From NCBI RefSeq assembly GCF_963921235.1, contig NC_086108.1:111540001-111604000 (forward strand): a stretch of DNA of 64,000 nt. The letters run 5' to 3'. This document shows positions 24,315-36,469 of the stretch, one piece after another. A program made the position numbers and the translations under genes. Source of the stretch: Mobula hypostoma. Lineage: Eukaryota. Below the pieces are notes generated by a model that worked only from the letters and a program-made list of their open reading frames with translations, was not told where the DNA came from and searched no databases. How positions within the stretch are numbered: position 1 is the stretch's first letter; each line of letters opens with the position of its first letter.

Positions 24315-24363
24315 CTTGTGATGGTTCAGGTACTGGCATGGTTTTTACTCTCCAATCGCCCAT
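24315..24363 (-). CDS. SSX2IP: SSX2IP/ADIP-family gene, first coding exon (exon spans 24315-24451, including 5' UTR 24364-24451)
   Basis: Acceptor ctgtctatttttag|GTG at 24451. Kozak-like GCTATGG with an in-frame upstream TAA. Encodes MGDWRVKTMPVPEPSQ plus 1 nt; donor CAAG|gtaagt. MGDW matches the start of vertebrate SSX2IP as I recall it. Confidence 0.9.
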
Positions 24364-24769
24364 AGCCAGCCAGCAGCCAAATTAACTGCAAAACCAGCTC
24401 AGCTGCAACACGTACAACTGACTGATGCAAGCGTCCCTGTGCAGGCAACACCTAAAAATAGACAGCAGTTAAAAATTAACATTTTTATAAAGAGCAGATT
24501 ACATCAGCAATGCAATGCCATTGAAGACTAGATTCACTGACTTCGAATCGTTTATACAAATACACAAGTGAAGTGCTGCTGAGGAATGGTGGGATAGGAA
24601 GGGGTGGCTGGAAGAGAAATTCATGGACAAAACAGAAAACATTGTACTGATGTAATAGCTAAGCACATTAGAATAACAGTGTAAAGGATGTTGAATAAAA
24701 TCCTACATAATTTAGTGTTCCACCTCACCCAGAATAATACTAAACCATAGCTTAGAAAATTATGATCAT

Positions 24770-25730
24770 AAAAGGGGGCATAATTTTAAGGTGATGAGAG
24801 GAAAGTGAGGGGGGGGGCGGGCTGTCATCAAGATTCCACCCCCCCCTCCCAAAAGTGAATTGTGGGTGACGAGGATATATTAGGAACATTTAAGAAATTC
24901 TTGTGCACATGGATGATAGGAAAATGGAGGGATATGTAAGAGGAAAGGGCTAGATTGATCTTAGAATAGGTTAATGGGTCAGCACAATATTGTGGGCCAA
25001 ATGGCCTGTAATGTTCTATGTTCTTTAGGTTCTAGGAGACAGGAGCAGAATTAGACCATTTGGCCCATCCAGTCTGCTCTGTCATTCAATCATAAGTGAT
25101 TATCCCTCTGAAACTCATTCACCTGCCTTCTCGCCATAACCTTTGATAGCCTTACTGATAAAGAACCTCCGCTTTAAATATACTTAACAACTTGGCCTTA
25201 TCCGCAGTCTGTGGCAATGAATTCCTCAGATTAAACACCCACTGGCTAAAAAAAATTCTCATCTCTGTTCTAAAGGCACAAGATTCAAAGTTTATTGACT
25301 AGAGTTCCACCTTCAATGCTATATTTCCAGGTAAACTTCACCAATCTTTGAACCCTAGGAGTTAATGCCTCCCTCTCCAACTTTTGACCAACAGACCACA
25401 ATAACTAAGGAGACACAGCAACATCTTTGCCACGATTATTCTCAAACTGGTGATCCACAATGTTGAGTCGTCAGCCTCCTACCAGAAACTGCTGTAATGG
25501 ACTGTATCTCAAATAACTCTAAATTGGAGAACAGCAAGGAGATAGAGAACCCATTAACTAGTTGTCATGACAGTAATTATCCTCACAATGTTAACTAAAA
25601 GCCCTGGTTATTGACTTTCAAAATAGGGCAGTGTGCATGCTCCTGTCTACATGAAAGACGTCAAGGTTGAGAGCTTCCAATTCCTATGAATGAACAACAC
25701 CAAAAGCCTGTCTTGGTCTAACTATGTTCA
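24770..25730. repeat. Old CR1 3' ends (both orientations) and a degenerate Rex1/L2-like RT fragment
   Basis: CR1 tail motifs at 24770-25275; remnants of the PQG..LSPLL and NV.KTK regions at 25290-25730. Confidence 0.55.
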
Positions 25731-25989
25731 CGTATGGTGGCAGTGCTGCGAGCTCCATTCCAACTTTACAGTATACTTTTGATTACCGCGATTTCCTTTG
25801 CATTTCTTGTTCAAGTAGCTGATAGTCACATTAGAGACGCTAGACTGACTCTCCTGAACATCAGGAAGATGGCTTTTACCCACTACGTGCCGCTTTTTCT
25901 GCACTGTGATCCCCCACTTGTACAATCAATGGGAGATCCACCTACTACACTGCCGCACCTCGCAAGCAGTGATAGATAGATGGATATAC

Positions 25990-26790
25990 TTTATTAATCC
26001 CGAGGGAAATTTGGTTTTGTTACAGCCGCACCAACCAAGAATAGAGCGTAAGTATAGCAATACAAAAAAATCCAACAATCAAACACCAAAATGCAAACTA
26101 TGCCAGATGGAAAATAAGTCCAGGACCAGTCTATTGGCTCAGGGTGTCTGACCCTCCATGGGAGGAGCTGCATATTCGATGGCCAAAGGCAGGAACGACC
26201 TCCAGTGCCGCCAAGTGTTGTATCGCGGTGGAATGTGGCCGAAGTCCAACAGTAAAAAGTTCAATATCCAGTCTGCAAACACGTTCCTCGATCGTAATAT
26301 ACCCCGGATTGCACCATCCGTTGTTAACCAGATCGGTAAGCACCCAACTCCTTTACGCTTACCACTCTCAGTGCACTTCCGGTCAGCCGGAACGGTATTA
26401 CCCACCGAACTCCTCTTCTCCAATAGTCTCTGTTGTCTTGACCCGGTCCTCTTTCCTCGGCTTTGCGATCCCCCTCTGTGTGTTTTCCTCCGGATTTCAG
26501 CAGGGGTGTCCGCCGCTCTGCTCACTAAACCGGCTGGCATTTGCTGGTCCGTGGAATACACAATGCGACCTTGCTTCTGTCCCGCGTGTTGGGATGTAAC
26601 CATTTCCAGCGCTAAAGAAAACCCAAATAAAACTCTCTCTACCAGCATGTTAGAGAGGGTACAGCTTTGACGTGTTACCGTGAGAAAAAAAATACAAAAA
26701 ATAATGTAAATTAAAAAGTAAGAAGAAGAAAGTAAGAATAGATCAGAATGCCTGTACCAGGCTGCATGCACGACTAGTGCATGCGCACTA
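25990..26790 (-). mobile_element. Rex1/L2-like LINE 5' end (ORF start and endonuclease remnant) with internal deletion
   Basis: RIVYSTDQ..., LVNNGWCNPGYITIEERVCRLDIELFTVGLRP. CpG-rich, so relatively young. Confidence 0.75.
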
Positions 26791-26791
26791 A

Positions 26792-29240
26792 GTGGAGGCA
26801 AAGGAGAAGGGCTGGCGTGCTAATCGACCACCACTCCCTAGCATACGCCTGGCTAACATTCAGTCCCTGGACAATAAGCTGTGCGAACTAAGAGCCAGAA
26901 CCTCCTACCAGCAGGAAACAACGGAATGTAACATTTTGCGCTTCGTGGAGATCTGGCTGATGGAAGAGATCCTGGATCATGCCACTGAGCCCTTTAGGTT
27001 CTCCCTGTTCCGGATGGACAGGTGTAAAAACCTCTCTGGGAAGGGTAAAGCAGATGGGATATGCTCCATGGTCAATAATGCCTGGTGTGACCCCCGGAAC
27101 ATGCATGCCCTCAAATTCTTTTGTTCCTTGGATCTGGAGTACCTGGTGCTGCTGTGTAGACCTTTCTGGCTGCCTAGGGCAGGGGTCCCCAACCTTTTTT
27201 GCACTGCGGACCGGTTTAATATTGACAATATTCTTGCGGACCAGCCGACCCGGGGGGTAGGGCTGCCAACGAACAAAAGTAGCAGTTAAGTACGTTGTGT
27301 TTACCCAGAGAAAGACTACAATGACCATGAAGCCTTGCGCGGGCACCTGTGTGCGCATGCATGTACCTGCCGATTTTTTTCTAAACATCGTTTTTGGCCA
27401 TTCTGTTTGGGGGGGTGGGGGGGGGTGTTAATCACGACCGGAATATAGGTGATAAGTGGCTAATACACTCAATTTTGTTTTAAAAGGGTTTATCTAACGA
27501 ATTTAATATTAAACACACACCGCATGCTTTCCTCACATGAATATAATGATAAGTCAATTATCAGGGGAGGACAGGGGCTTTAAGTGTTGAACGAACTTCC
27601 AGTAGAAGTGGTAGAGGCAGGTTCGATATTATCATTTAAAGAAAAACTGGATAGGTATATGGACAGGAAAGGAATGGAGGGTTATGGGCTGAGTGGAGGT
27701 CAGTGGGACTAGGTGAGAGTAGCATTTGGCACGGACTAGCAGGGCAGAGATGGCCCGTTTCCATGCTGTAATTGCTATATGGTTATATAAGTCACTTATA
27801 ATCAATAGCATCATAACATTTGAAGTAACATTTGGATATTAAACACACAGCACATATTTTCCCCATATGAACATATAAAATCATTGCAACACACCAATAT
27901 CACTGAATCAGTGGGAGACCCTGGGCTTATTTTCCTGCAACAACACGGCCCCATCGAGGGGTGATGGGAGACAGCGATACTCGAAGGGAGTTCCTTATGT
28001 CCAGTCTATTCCGCAATTTAGTTTTCGTTGCATTCATTACAGAGATATGTTGGAAATGGAAGCAACGTTTTCAGTGCTTTCCTGACTATCTCAGGATATT
28101 TAGGCTGGACTTTGATCCAGAATGCTGGCAGAGATATTATGTCAAACATACTTTTCAGCCTGCCATCATTTGCAAGCTCAAGGAGTTGATCTCCTTCCTG
28201 CGCTGACATGGATGACGCGTGGGTAATGACTGCGCGTGCGTTCAAGCTCAACAGTGTGTGACAGGGAATGAGGAAAGGTTTCCTCGCGGCCCGGTAGCAC
28301 ATGCTTTGCGGCCCGGTGGTTGGGGACCACTGACCTAGGGAGTTCACAGCTGTGTATATTCTACCACAGCCTGATACTGACCTGGCTCTTAAGCAACTGG
28401 ATGAGACCATCAGCACCCTGAAGACTGCACACCTGGAGGCTGCCTTCATTATCGCTGGTGACTTTAATAGAGTGTCGCTGACTAAACTCCCTCCGAAATT
28501 TTGCCAACACATCCAGGTGAGCATATGGGGAGATAGCATACTTGACCACTGCTTCTCTCCCTTCCGCAACACTTACAAAGCATTCCTCCGCGTTCCATTT
28601 GGAAAATCAGATCACTCCTCCAATTTTTCTGATGCCAAAGTACAGGCAGAAGCACAAGAGGTGGCCATAGTTAAAACCGTCCACTATTAGTCTGACCAAT
28701 CGGCCTCCATGCTGCAGGACTGCTTTGATGACATCAACTGGAAAGTCCTTCAAGATGAGGATGCCTCCGAGTTCACGGATGGGGTCACAAGTTTCAGCCA
28801 GAAGTGCAATGAGGATGTTGTCCCCTAGAAATCGGTCAGGGCCTTTCCAAATCAGTCCCGTGCGAGCAGCACTTACCGCAAGACAGAGCAATCAACAAGA
28901 GCTCAAGAAATGTAGCTACGATCTGCACAAAGTCATCAAGGCAGCAAAACAACAATACAGAGACAAGATTTAGACTCAACTTTCCACTAACAACACACAC
29001 AGCATATGGCAAGGTCTGCACACCATCGCAGACTTCAAAGCTAAATGCAGTGGAGTTTCCAACATCGATGCCTCTCTCCCAGATGAGCCAATTCCTCTTT
29101 TTTTTTAAAAAAAGACACGCACAATTCAATGTCGCCAATACTAAGCCCTCCAAGAGACCTGCAGATTATGTGACTGGCAGTTTGGTCGTCTCTGAGGTCA
29201 AAGTACGCAAGCATTTCTAACGGGTGGAAATTGCAAGGCT
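26792..29240 (+). mobile_element. Rex1/Babar-like LINE endonuclease region, split by a hAT element
   Basis: RPPLPSIRLANIQSLDNKLCELRAR...CRPFWLPR|EFTAV...FIIAGDFN...LDHCF...FGKSDH. Confidence 0.88.
27180..28332 (-). mobile_element. Non-autonomous hAT (Charlie/Buster-like) DNA transposon
   Basis: TIRs CAGGGGTCCCCAACC / GGTTGGGGACCACTG; 8-bp TSD gcctaggg / acctaggg. Transposase C-terminal remnant LPAFWIKVQPKYPEIVRKALKTLLPFPTYLC on the minus strand (~28020-28200). Confidence 0.9.
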
Positions 29241-29244
29241 GCAG

Positions 29245-30900
29245 AAGGGAAGAGGGGAGAAGCGTCATGCTGTGGTGATAGGGGGATGTGTTCATTAGGG
29301 CAAAGGACAGGAAGTTCTGTGAGCGAGAACGAGATCCCCAGATGGTATGCTGCCTTCCGGGTGCCCGGGTCCAGGATCTCTTAGATCAAGCCGTTAGCTT
29401 TCTTTAAGTGGGAGGGTGAACAGCCAGAGGTTGTGGTCCACGTAGGTACCAATGACATGGGTAGGATAAGTGACGAGGTTCTGCATAGAGAGTTCAGGGA
29501 TTTAGGTGCCAAGTTAAAGAGCAGAACCTCCAGGGTTGTGATCTCAGGAATGCTATCCATGACATGTGCTAGTGAGGCCAGAACGAGTAAGATTACACAG
29601 TTTAATATATAACTAAGGAGCTGGCGTAGGAGGGAGGGCATAAGACTTTTGGATCATTGGGCTCTCTTCCAGGGAAGGTGGGACCTATACAGAAGGGACA
29701 GCTTGCACCTGAACTGGAGGGGGCCTAATATCCTAGTGGGAAGGTTTGCTAATGCTTCATAGTGGGGTTTACACCAGAGTTGCAGGAGGGTGGGAACCAG
29801 AATGCCAGAACAGTTAGCAGAGAGGTTGTGGAGACAGATGTTGGTAAGACCTCAAAGTTAGGAATCAAATTATTTAGTATCGTAGGAAAGGCTGCCAATA
29901 ACACTGAAGATAGGTAGCTAATTTATAAACAGAGGCAATGTGTAATGAGGAGAGGCTGCTGACAGGACAAAATTACAGTTAACAGCATGAATTGCAATGG
30001 AAAAAGTGGACAAAATTGAAAAGGATGAATACGGGATTGAAGGTATATTTCAATGTGTGCAGTATACAGAATAAAGTAGATGAACTTGCAGCGCAGTTGC
30101 GGATTGGCAGACTTGATGTCATAGACATCACGGAATCATGGCTGAAAGAAGATTTGTAGCTGGGAGCTTAATGTCCAAGGATACACACTGTATCGAAAGG
30201 ATAGGCAGGAAGGCAGAGGGGGTGGCTTTGCTCTGTTGTTTTAAAAAATATCAAATCATTAGAAAGAGGTGACATAGGGTCAGAAGGTGTGGAATCACTG
30301 TGGATAGAGCTAAGTAACTGCAAAGGTAAAAAGACCCTGATTGGAGTTCTATACAGACCTCCAAACAGTAATAAAGATGTGGTCTACAAATTACAATGCA
30401 AGACAGAAAATGTATGCCAAAAGAGCAACATTACAGTAGTCATGGGGACTTCAACATGCAGGTAGACTTGGAATATCAGATTGGTGCTGGATTTCAGGAG
30501 GGAAAATTTCTTAAGTGCATATGAGATGGCTTTTTAAGAGCAGCTTGCGGTTGAGCCCGCTTGGGGATCAACTACTCTGGATTGGGTGTTGTGCAATGAA
30601 CCAGAATTGATTAGAGAGCTCAAGGTAAAAGAACCCTTATGGCAAGTGATCATAAATATGATCAACTTCACCATGGAATCCGAGACATTCAACGGAGTAA
30701 AAGGCATTACAGAGGCGTGAGAAGGGATTTGGCCAGAACTGATTGGAAAATAACACTGGCGGGTATGACGGGAGAGCAGCAATGGCTGGAATTTCTGGAA
30801 GCAATTTGGAAGGCACGAGGTATATACATCTCAAAAAGAATGAAGTATTCTAAAGGAAAGATGACACAACCCTGGCTAACAAAGGAAGTCAAACCCAACG
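29245..30900 (+). mobile_element. CR1 LINE 5' part (ORF1 esterase and endonuclease), degenerate
   Basis: VVIGDVFIR, MVCCLPGARVQD, EVVVHVGTNDMG, ITESWL, YRKDRQEGRGGG, YRPPN; homologous to 12140-14480. Confidence 0.88.
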
Positions 30901-30902
30901 TA

Positions 30903-32425
30903 GAATTGAATTGACTTTATTACTTATATCCTTCATATACATGAGTAAAATCTTTACTTGGAGGTTAAGTAGTACACAAGCAAAACACTATAAAAAAAAC
31001 AGAAATTATTTAAAATAAAATTTGTAAGTGATAAACAGTAACCACATTCAGATGATCCAACTGCATCGTACAAAGATAAACAATATGACTAACTAGCACA
31101 GAAGCCCAATATGACTAACTAGCACAGAAGCCCATTAATGACTAGAGACCCTGGGTGGCTACCAACTGGCAAACCAGGAATGATCATCAATTATATCCTG
31201 CTGCAATAGAAATAATGGCAATTGCAGTATGACCAAAAATTATGCATTTTTGAAGTGGATTTTGCAATGTCTTTTGGAATCAAATAGTTCCAGACAGATT
31301 TTGGGGTACATAGAGCTTAGAAAAATAGAGGGCTATGGATAACCCGAAGTAATTTCTGAAGTACATATTAAGCACAGCATTTTGGGCTGAAGGGCCTGTA
31401 TTGTGCTGTAGGTTTTCTGTTACGTCTCTGTCAAAATATACAATGTGCAATATATAGTAATTTATAATAAATAGTATGTACAACAGGATAGTCAATATAA
31501 CATAGAAATACAGATATGTCAGCAGGAGTTCAGCAGTCTGATGGCCTGGTGGAAGAAGCTGTCCCGAAGCCTGTTGGTCCTGGCTTTTACGCTGCTGTAC
31601 TGTTTCCTGGATGGTAGCAGCTGGAACAGTTTGTGGTCGGGGTGACTCGGGTCCCCAAAGATCCTTCGGGGCCTCTTTTTACACACCTGTCTTTGTAAAT
31701 GATCTGAGTAGTGGGATGTTCACATCTACAGATGTGCAAGGCTGTCCACACCACTCTCTGCAGATTCCTGCAACTGAGTGAAGTATAGTTCCCATACCAG
31801 GCAGTGATGCAGCTATTCAGGATGCTCTCAGTTGTACCCTTATAGAAAGTTCTTGCAATTTGGGAGCCCACACCAAACTTCCTCAACCTTCTATACAAAC
31901 AGCCGGTATGTATGGACCACGTGAGATCCTCTCTGATGTTTATGCGGAGGAACTTAAAGCTGTTTACTCTCTCAACCCCAGATCCATTGATGACAATAGG
32001 GGCTAACCTATCTCTATTCCTCCTGTAGTCCACAACCGGCTCTTTTGTTTCTGCAACATTGAGGGAGAGGTTGTTTTCTTGACAACCCTGTGTCAGGGTG
32101 ATGTCTTCTTCTCTGTAGGCTGCCTCATTATTATTTGAGATTAGGCCAATCAGTGTAGTGTCATCAGCAAATTTAATTAGCAGATTGGAGCTGTGGATGG
32201 TGACACAGTCATGTGTATACAGGGAGTAAAGGAGGAGACTCAGTTCACAGCCCTGAGGGGCTCCTGTATTGAGAGTCAGAGTGGTGGAGGTGAGGGAGCC
32301 CACTCTTACCACCTGGCGGCAATCAGACAGGCAGTTCAAGATCCAGTTATACAAGACAGTGTGAAGGCCGAGGTCTCTGAGCTTCTTGTCAAGCCTGGAG
32401 GGAATTATGGTGTTAAATGTTTAAC
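30903..32425 (-). mobile_element. Rex1/Babar-like LINE RT and 3' end, with an insertion at 30958-31418
   Basis: ORF 31587-32354: [30 protein letters not shown]; tail gaattgaattgactttattac. Confidence 0.9.
31081..31132. repeat. Perfect 26-bp tandem duplication
   Basis: caatatgactaactagcacagaagcc x2. Confidence 0.95.
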
Positions 32426-32444
32426 TGTGCAGTATTCCCTAAAG

Positions 32445-32687
32445 CAGCGGTCCCCAACATTTTGCACACCGCCGGCCGGTTTAATATTGACGATATTCTT
32501 GCGGACCGGCCGACGGGGTTGGGGGGGGGTGGGTGTTCAAGTTCAACAGTGCGAGACAGGGAATGAGGAAAGGTGCAGTTGATTCTTATCATTTCAAATC
32601 GCCAAATCATATATCGTTTCCGCGCAGCCCGATAGCACATGCTCGCGGCCCGGTACTGGTCTGCAGCCCGGTGGTTGGGGACCACTG
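32445..32687. mobile_element. hAT MITE, short relative of 27180-28332, inserted in a CR1 fragment
   Basis: TIRs CAGCGGTCCCCAAC / GGTTGGGGACCACTG; TSD ccctaaag / gcctaaag; shares ccggtttaatattgac.atattcttgcggacc with 27211. Confidence 0.9.
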
Positions 32688-32959
32688 GCCTAAAGGTTAA
32701 TGTTCAGGTTGAGTCTGTGGTGAGGAAGGCAAATGCAATGTTAGCTTTCATTTCAAGAAGACTAGAATATAAAAGCAAGGATACAATGTGGAGATGTCAT
32801 AGAGCACTGGTGATGCGTCACATGGAGTACTAAATGCAGTTTTTGGCCCCTCATCTTACGAACAGAAAGGATGAGCTGAAACTGAAGAGGGTTGAAAGGA
32901 GGCTCACAAAAATGATTCCAGGAGCTGAGGAGAAACGGCATCTAATGGTGACTTCCTTT

Positions 32960-33480
32960 GCTTGCATCTTCTCATCTTGCATCAAATTCATCTCATTAAG
33001 AATCTGAGTAGATCTGACACATCACTAATGGCTCTACCAAATTTCTACAGATATACCGTGGAAACATTCTAACTGGTTGCATCACCGCCTGGTATGGAAG
33101 GGCCACTGCATGGGATCAGGAAAAGCTGCAAACAGCTCCATCATGGGCACTAGCCTTCCCCACCATCCAGGACACATTCAAAAGGCAATGCCTCAAGAAG
33201 GGGCATTCATCATGAAGAACTCTCACTATTCAGTACAGGCCCACTCCTTATTGCTACCATCAGGGAGGAGGTACAGGAACCTTAAGACACACACTGAACA
33301 TTTCAGGATCAGCTTGTTCCCCTCCACAGCAGATTTCTGAACGCCCATGAACTCTACCACACTATTCTTCTCATTTTGCACTATTTACTTTATAGTACTC
33401 ATTTTATATTGCACTGTACTGCTGCCACAAAACAACAAATTTCACGACACGTATCAGCGATAATAAACCTGATTCTGAGC
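32960..33480 (+). repeat. Rex1/L2-like 3' end
   Basis: LLPSGRRYRNLKTHT..FR.S.FP motif; tail aataaacctgattctga. Confidence 0.7.
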
Positions 33481-33679
33481 TAGCAAAGGAACAGCCAGAC
33501 AAAGTGAACATGGTCTAATTTATTTGCTTCTACCATCTGGCTTCTGCGATAATATAATGAATATTCTGGCAGTCAATCTCAGTTAAGTATTTTTATGATG
33601 AGTGTTTGATGGCTCTGGGGCTACACTTGCCGGAATTTAGAAGAATGAGGGCAGGAAATCTCATTGAAACCTATTAAAC

Positions 33680-36465
33680 ATAAAGAACATAAGAAATAAG
33701 AGCAGGAGTCAGCTATCTGGCCCATCGAGCCTGCTCCACCATTCAATAAGATCATGGCTGATCTGGCCATGGACTCAACTCCATTTACCTGCCTTTTCCC
33801 CATAAGCTTAATTTCCGTACTATGCAAAAATCTATCCAACCTGTCTTAGATACATTTACTGAGGTAGCCTCCACTGCTTCACTGGGCAGAGAATTCCACA
33901 GATTCACCACTCTCTGGGAAAAGCAGTTCCTCCTCATCTCTGTCCTAAATCTACTCCTCTAAATCTTGAGGCTACGTCCTCTAGTTCTAGTCTCACTTAC
34001 CAGTGCAAACAACTTGCCTGCCTATCTTATCTATTGCTTTCATAATTTTATGTGTTTCTATAAGATCTCCTCTCATTCTTCTGAATTTCAACAAGTACAG
34101 TCCCAGGTGACTCAATCTCTCCTCATAGTCTAACCCTGTTATCTCTGGAATCAACCTGGTGAACTTCCTCTGCATCGTCTCCAAAGCCAGTACAGGTTTC
34201 CCCCGCCATCCAAAGGTAGAGCGTTCCTATGAAACGGTTCGTAAGCCAAAACATCATAAAGCGAAGAAGCAACTACCATTTATTTATATGGGAAAATTTT
34301 GTGAGCCTTCGCAGACCCAAAAATAACCTACCAAATCATGCCAAATAACACATAAAACCTAAAATAACAGTAACATATAGTAAAAGCAGGAATGATATGA
34401 TAAATACACAGCCTATATTAAATAGAAATACTTCTCTACAACGATTGCCTGCACAGATCTCCGTAGCGAAAATCTCACGCAAGCGCTCTCGGCAGAAAAT
34501 CTCACGCAAGCACTGTTGGCATAAATGCGCTCTCCAGTAACCTTTAAACTATGAAGCTGCCAAATCTACCAAATAACACGTAAAAATACACAGCCTATAT
34601 AAAGTAGAAATAATGGATGTACAGTGTAGTATCACTTACCGGAATTGGGAAAACAGCGCTGAGCAGACCGATAATGGTGTGTTAGACTGAGTCATCGCAG
34701 GCTGCATGGTGCAGTGGCCCCCACCCTCCGGGCCGCCAACCCGATACATTGCCGCGAAAAATGCAGCGGTAGCCGGGAGGCACACAGCACATCGTTAAGA
34801 GAAAAGTCGAAATAAACATGCTATTTAATTACGTGCTAGGCGGCACCTAATTAATTAGCATGTTTATTTCGACTTTTTCTTAAAGATGTGTTGTGTGCTT
34901 CCCGGCTACTGCTGCGTTCTTCATGAATCGGTACAGTATCTGGCCAGGACCCGGGTGTTGGGGTGGTGGGACATGGGGGTGTCATCTCATCGTCGATCAG
35001 GGCAGGCAGCTCATCTTCTCCTATGACTGCCGCCTTGATGTCGAAGGTTGAGGTTCGTCATCTGCTGTGGCTGATGTGGAAGGCATGCTTGACTGTTGAG
35101 CCTCGCGCATTTTTCTATCATACAGTTGTTTGTAAGCACTGAAACCATCCTGCAAATATTCCCTAAACCTTTCAAAATTAAAGTCGTACTTTATCATTGC
35201 AGCGAAAATCTCACGCAGTTGCTTCACTTTCTGCATTCGGTTTCGATTGTTATCCTTTCCTCTTCCAACTGCATCAGCTCTTCATTTATCAGTTCTTGGT
35301 CATGGGATGCCAAAACCTCTTCAACATCATCTACGTCAACTTCCACAAGGCAAACTCACTTTGTCCTTGCTTCGTTCACCACGATTGAAACACTTAATTA
35401 TGTCTAGTTTTACACTTAGTGTAACACCCTTACTTTTTCAGGTCTTTCCAACACCTTAGAACTCATCTTGCTAACGGCTGCTCAATGCAACGTGTTTAAG
35501 CAATGCCGTTCCGAATCCGGGGCAGAGCGGCTGCTCGGGGCGCATGCTGCCTTTTATCGGGCGCTAATTTTTTTTATTGCGTGCTGCCTTTTTTCATAAC
35601 AGTGAAGGCACCTTCTGAAAGCGAAAACAGGGTACTAATGTAGGTCTTTCGTAACAGTGAGGTTTCGTAAAGTGAACGTTCGAAAAGCGGGGGACACCTG
35701 TATATCCTTCCTCAAGTAAGGAGACCACAGCTGTACACAGTACTCTGTACAGTTGCAGCACAATCTCTTAATTTAAATCCCTCTAGCAATGAAGGCCAAC
35801 ATTCCATTGGCCTTCTTAATAGTCTGCTTCACCTGCAAACCAACACTGTGATTCATGCACAAGCACTCCTAAATCCCTCTGCACAACAGCATCCTGCAAT
35901 TTTTTTTACCATTTAAATAATAATCGGCTCTTTCATTTTCCCTTCCAAAGTGAATGACCTCGCATTTACCAATATTGTATTCCATCGGCCAGTCCCTTGC
36001 CTACTCACTTAATCTATCTATATCTCTCTGCAGACTCTCCGTAGCTTCTGCACGATTTGATTTTCCACTCAATTTAATATCATCAGCAAACTTAGATACA
36101 CTACATTCAGCCCCCTCTTCCAGATCATTAATGTATATTGTGAACAGTTGCAAGCCCAGCACCGACCCCTGCGACACACCACTCACCACTGATTGCCAAC
36201 CAGGGTAACATCCATGTATCCCAACTCTCTGCTTTCTATTGGTCAACCAATCCTCCATCCATGTTATTACATCAGCCCCAACTCCTATGCATCCCTATCT
36301 TAATGGATAAGTCTTTTATGCAGCACCTTATCAAATGCCTTCTGGAAATCCAAGGAAATAACGCCCATCTGTTCCCCTCTATCCACTGCGATTGTTATAT
36401 CAAAGAACTCAGTAAGTTTGTCAAACAGACCTGCCTTTGCTGAATCCATACTGCATCTGCCTAAT
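33680..36465 (-). mobile_element. CR1 RT and 3' end, split by a Tigger element
   Basis: VSGVSQGSVLGLQLFTIYINDL...SKFADDIKL; the sequence is contiguous across the insertion (ccaaagccag-TA-tatccttcc). Confidence 0.9.
34193..35700 (-). mobile_element. TcMar-Tigger-like non-autonomous DNA transposon
   Basis: TA TSD at 34191-34192 and 35701-35702; imperfect TIRs CAGGTTTCCCCCGC / GCGGGGGACACCTG. Minus-strand transposase remnants EVDVDDVEEVLASHDQELINEELMQLEEER and YKQLYDRKMREAQQS..PSTS. Confidence 0.88.
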
Positions 36466-36469
36466 AGAT

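Noticed and set aside
31081..31132. Direct repeats suggestive of a CRISPR array
   Set aside because: Two adjacent units with no spacers in eukaryotic DNA; a simple tandem duplication.
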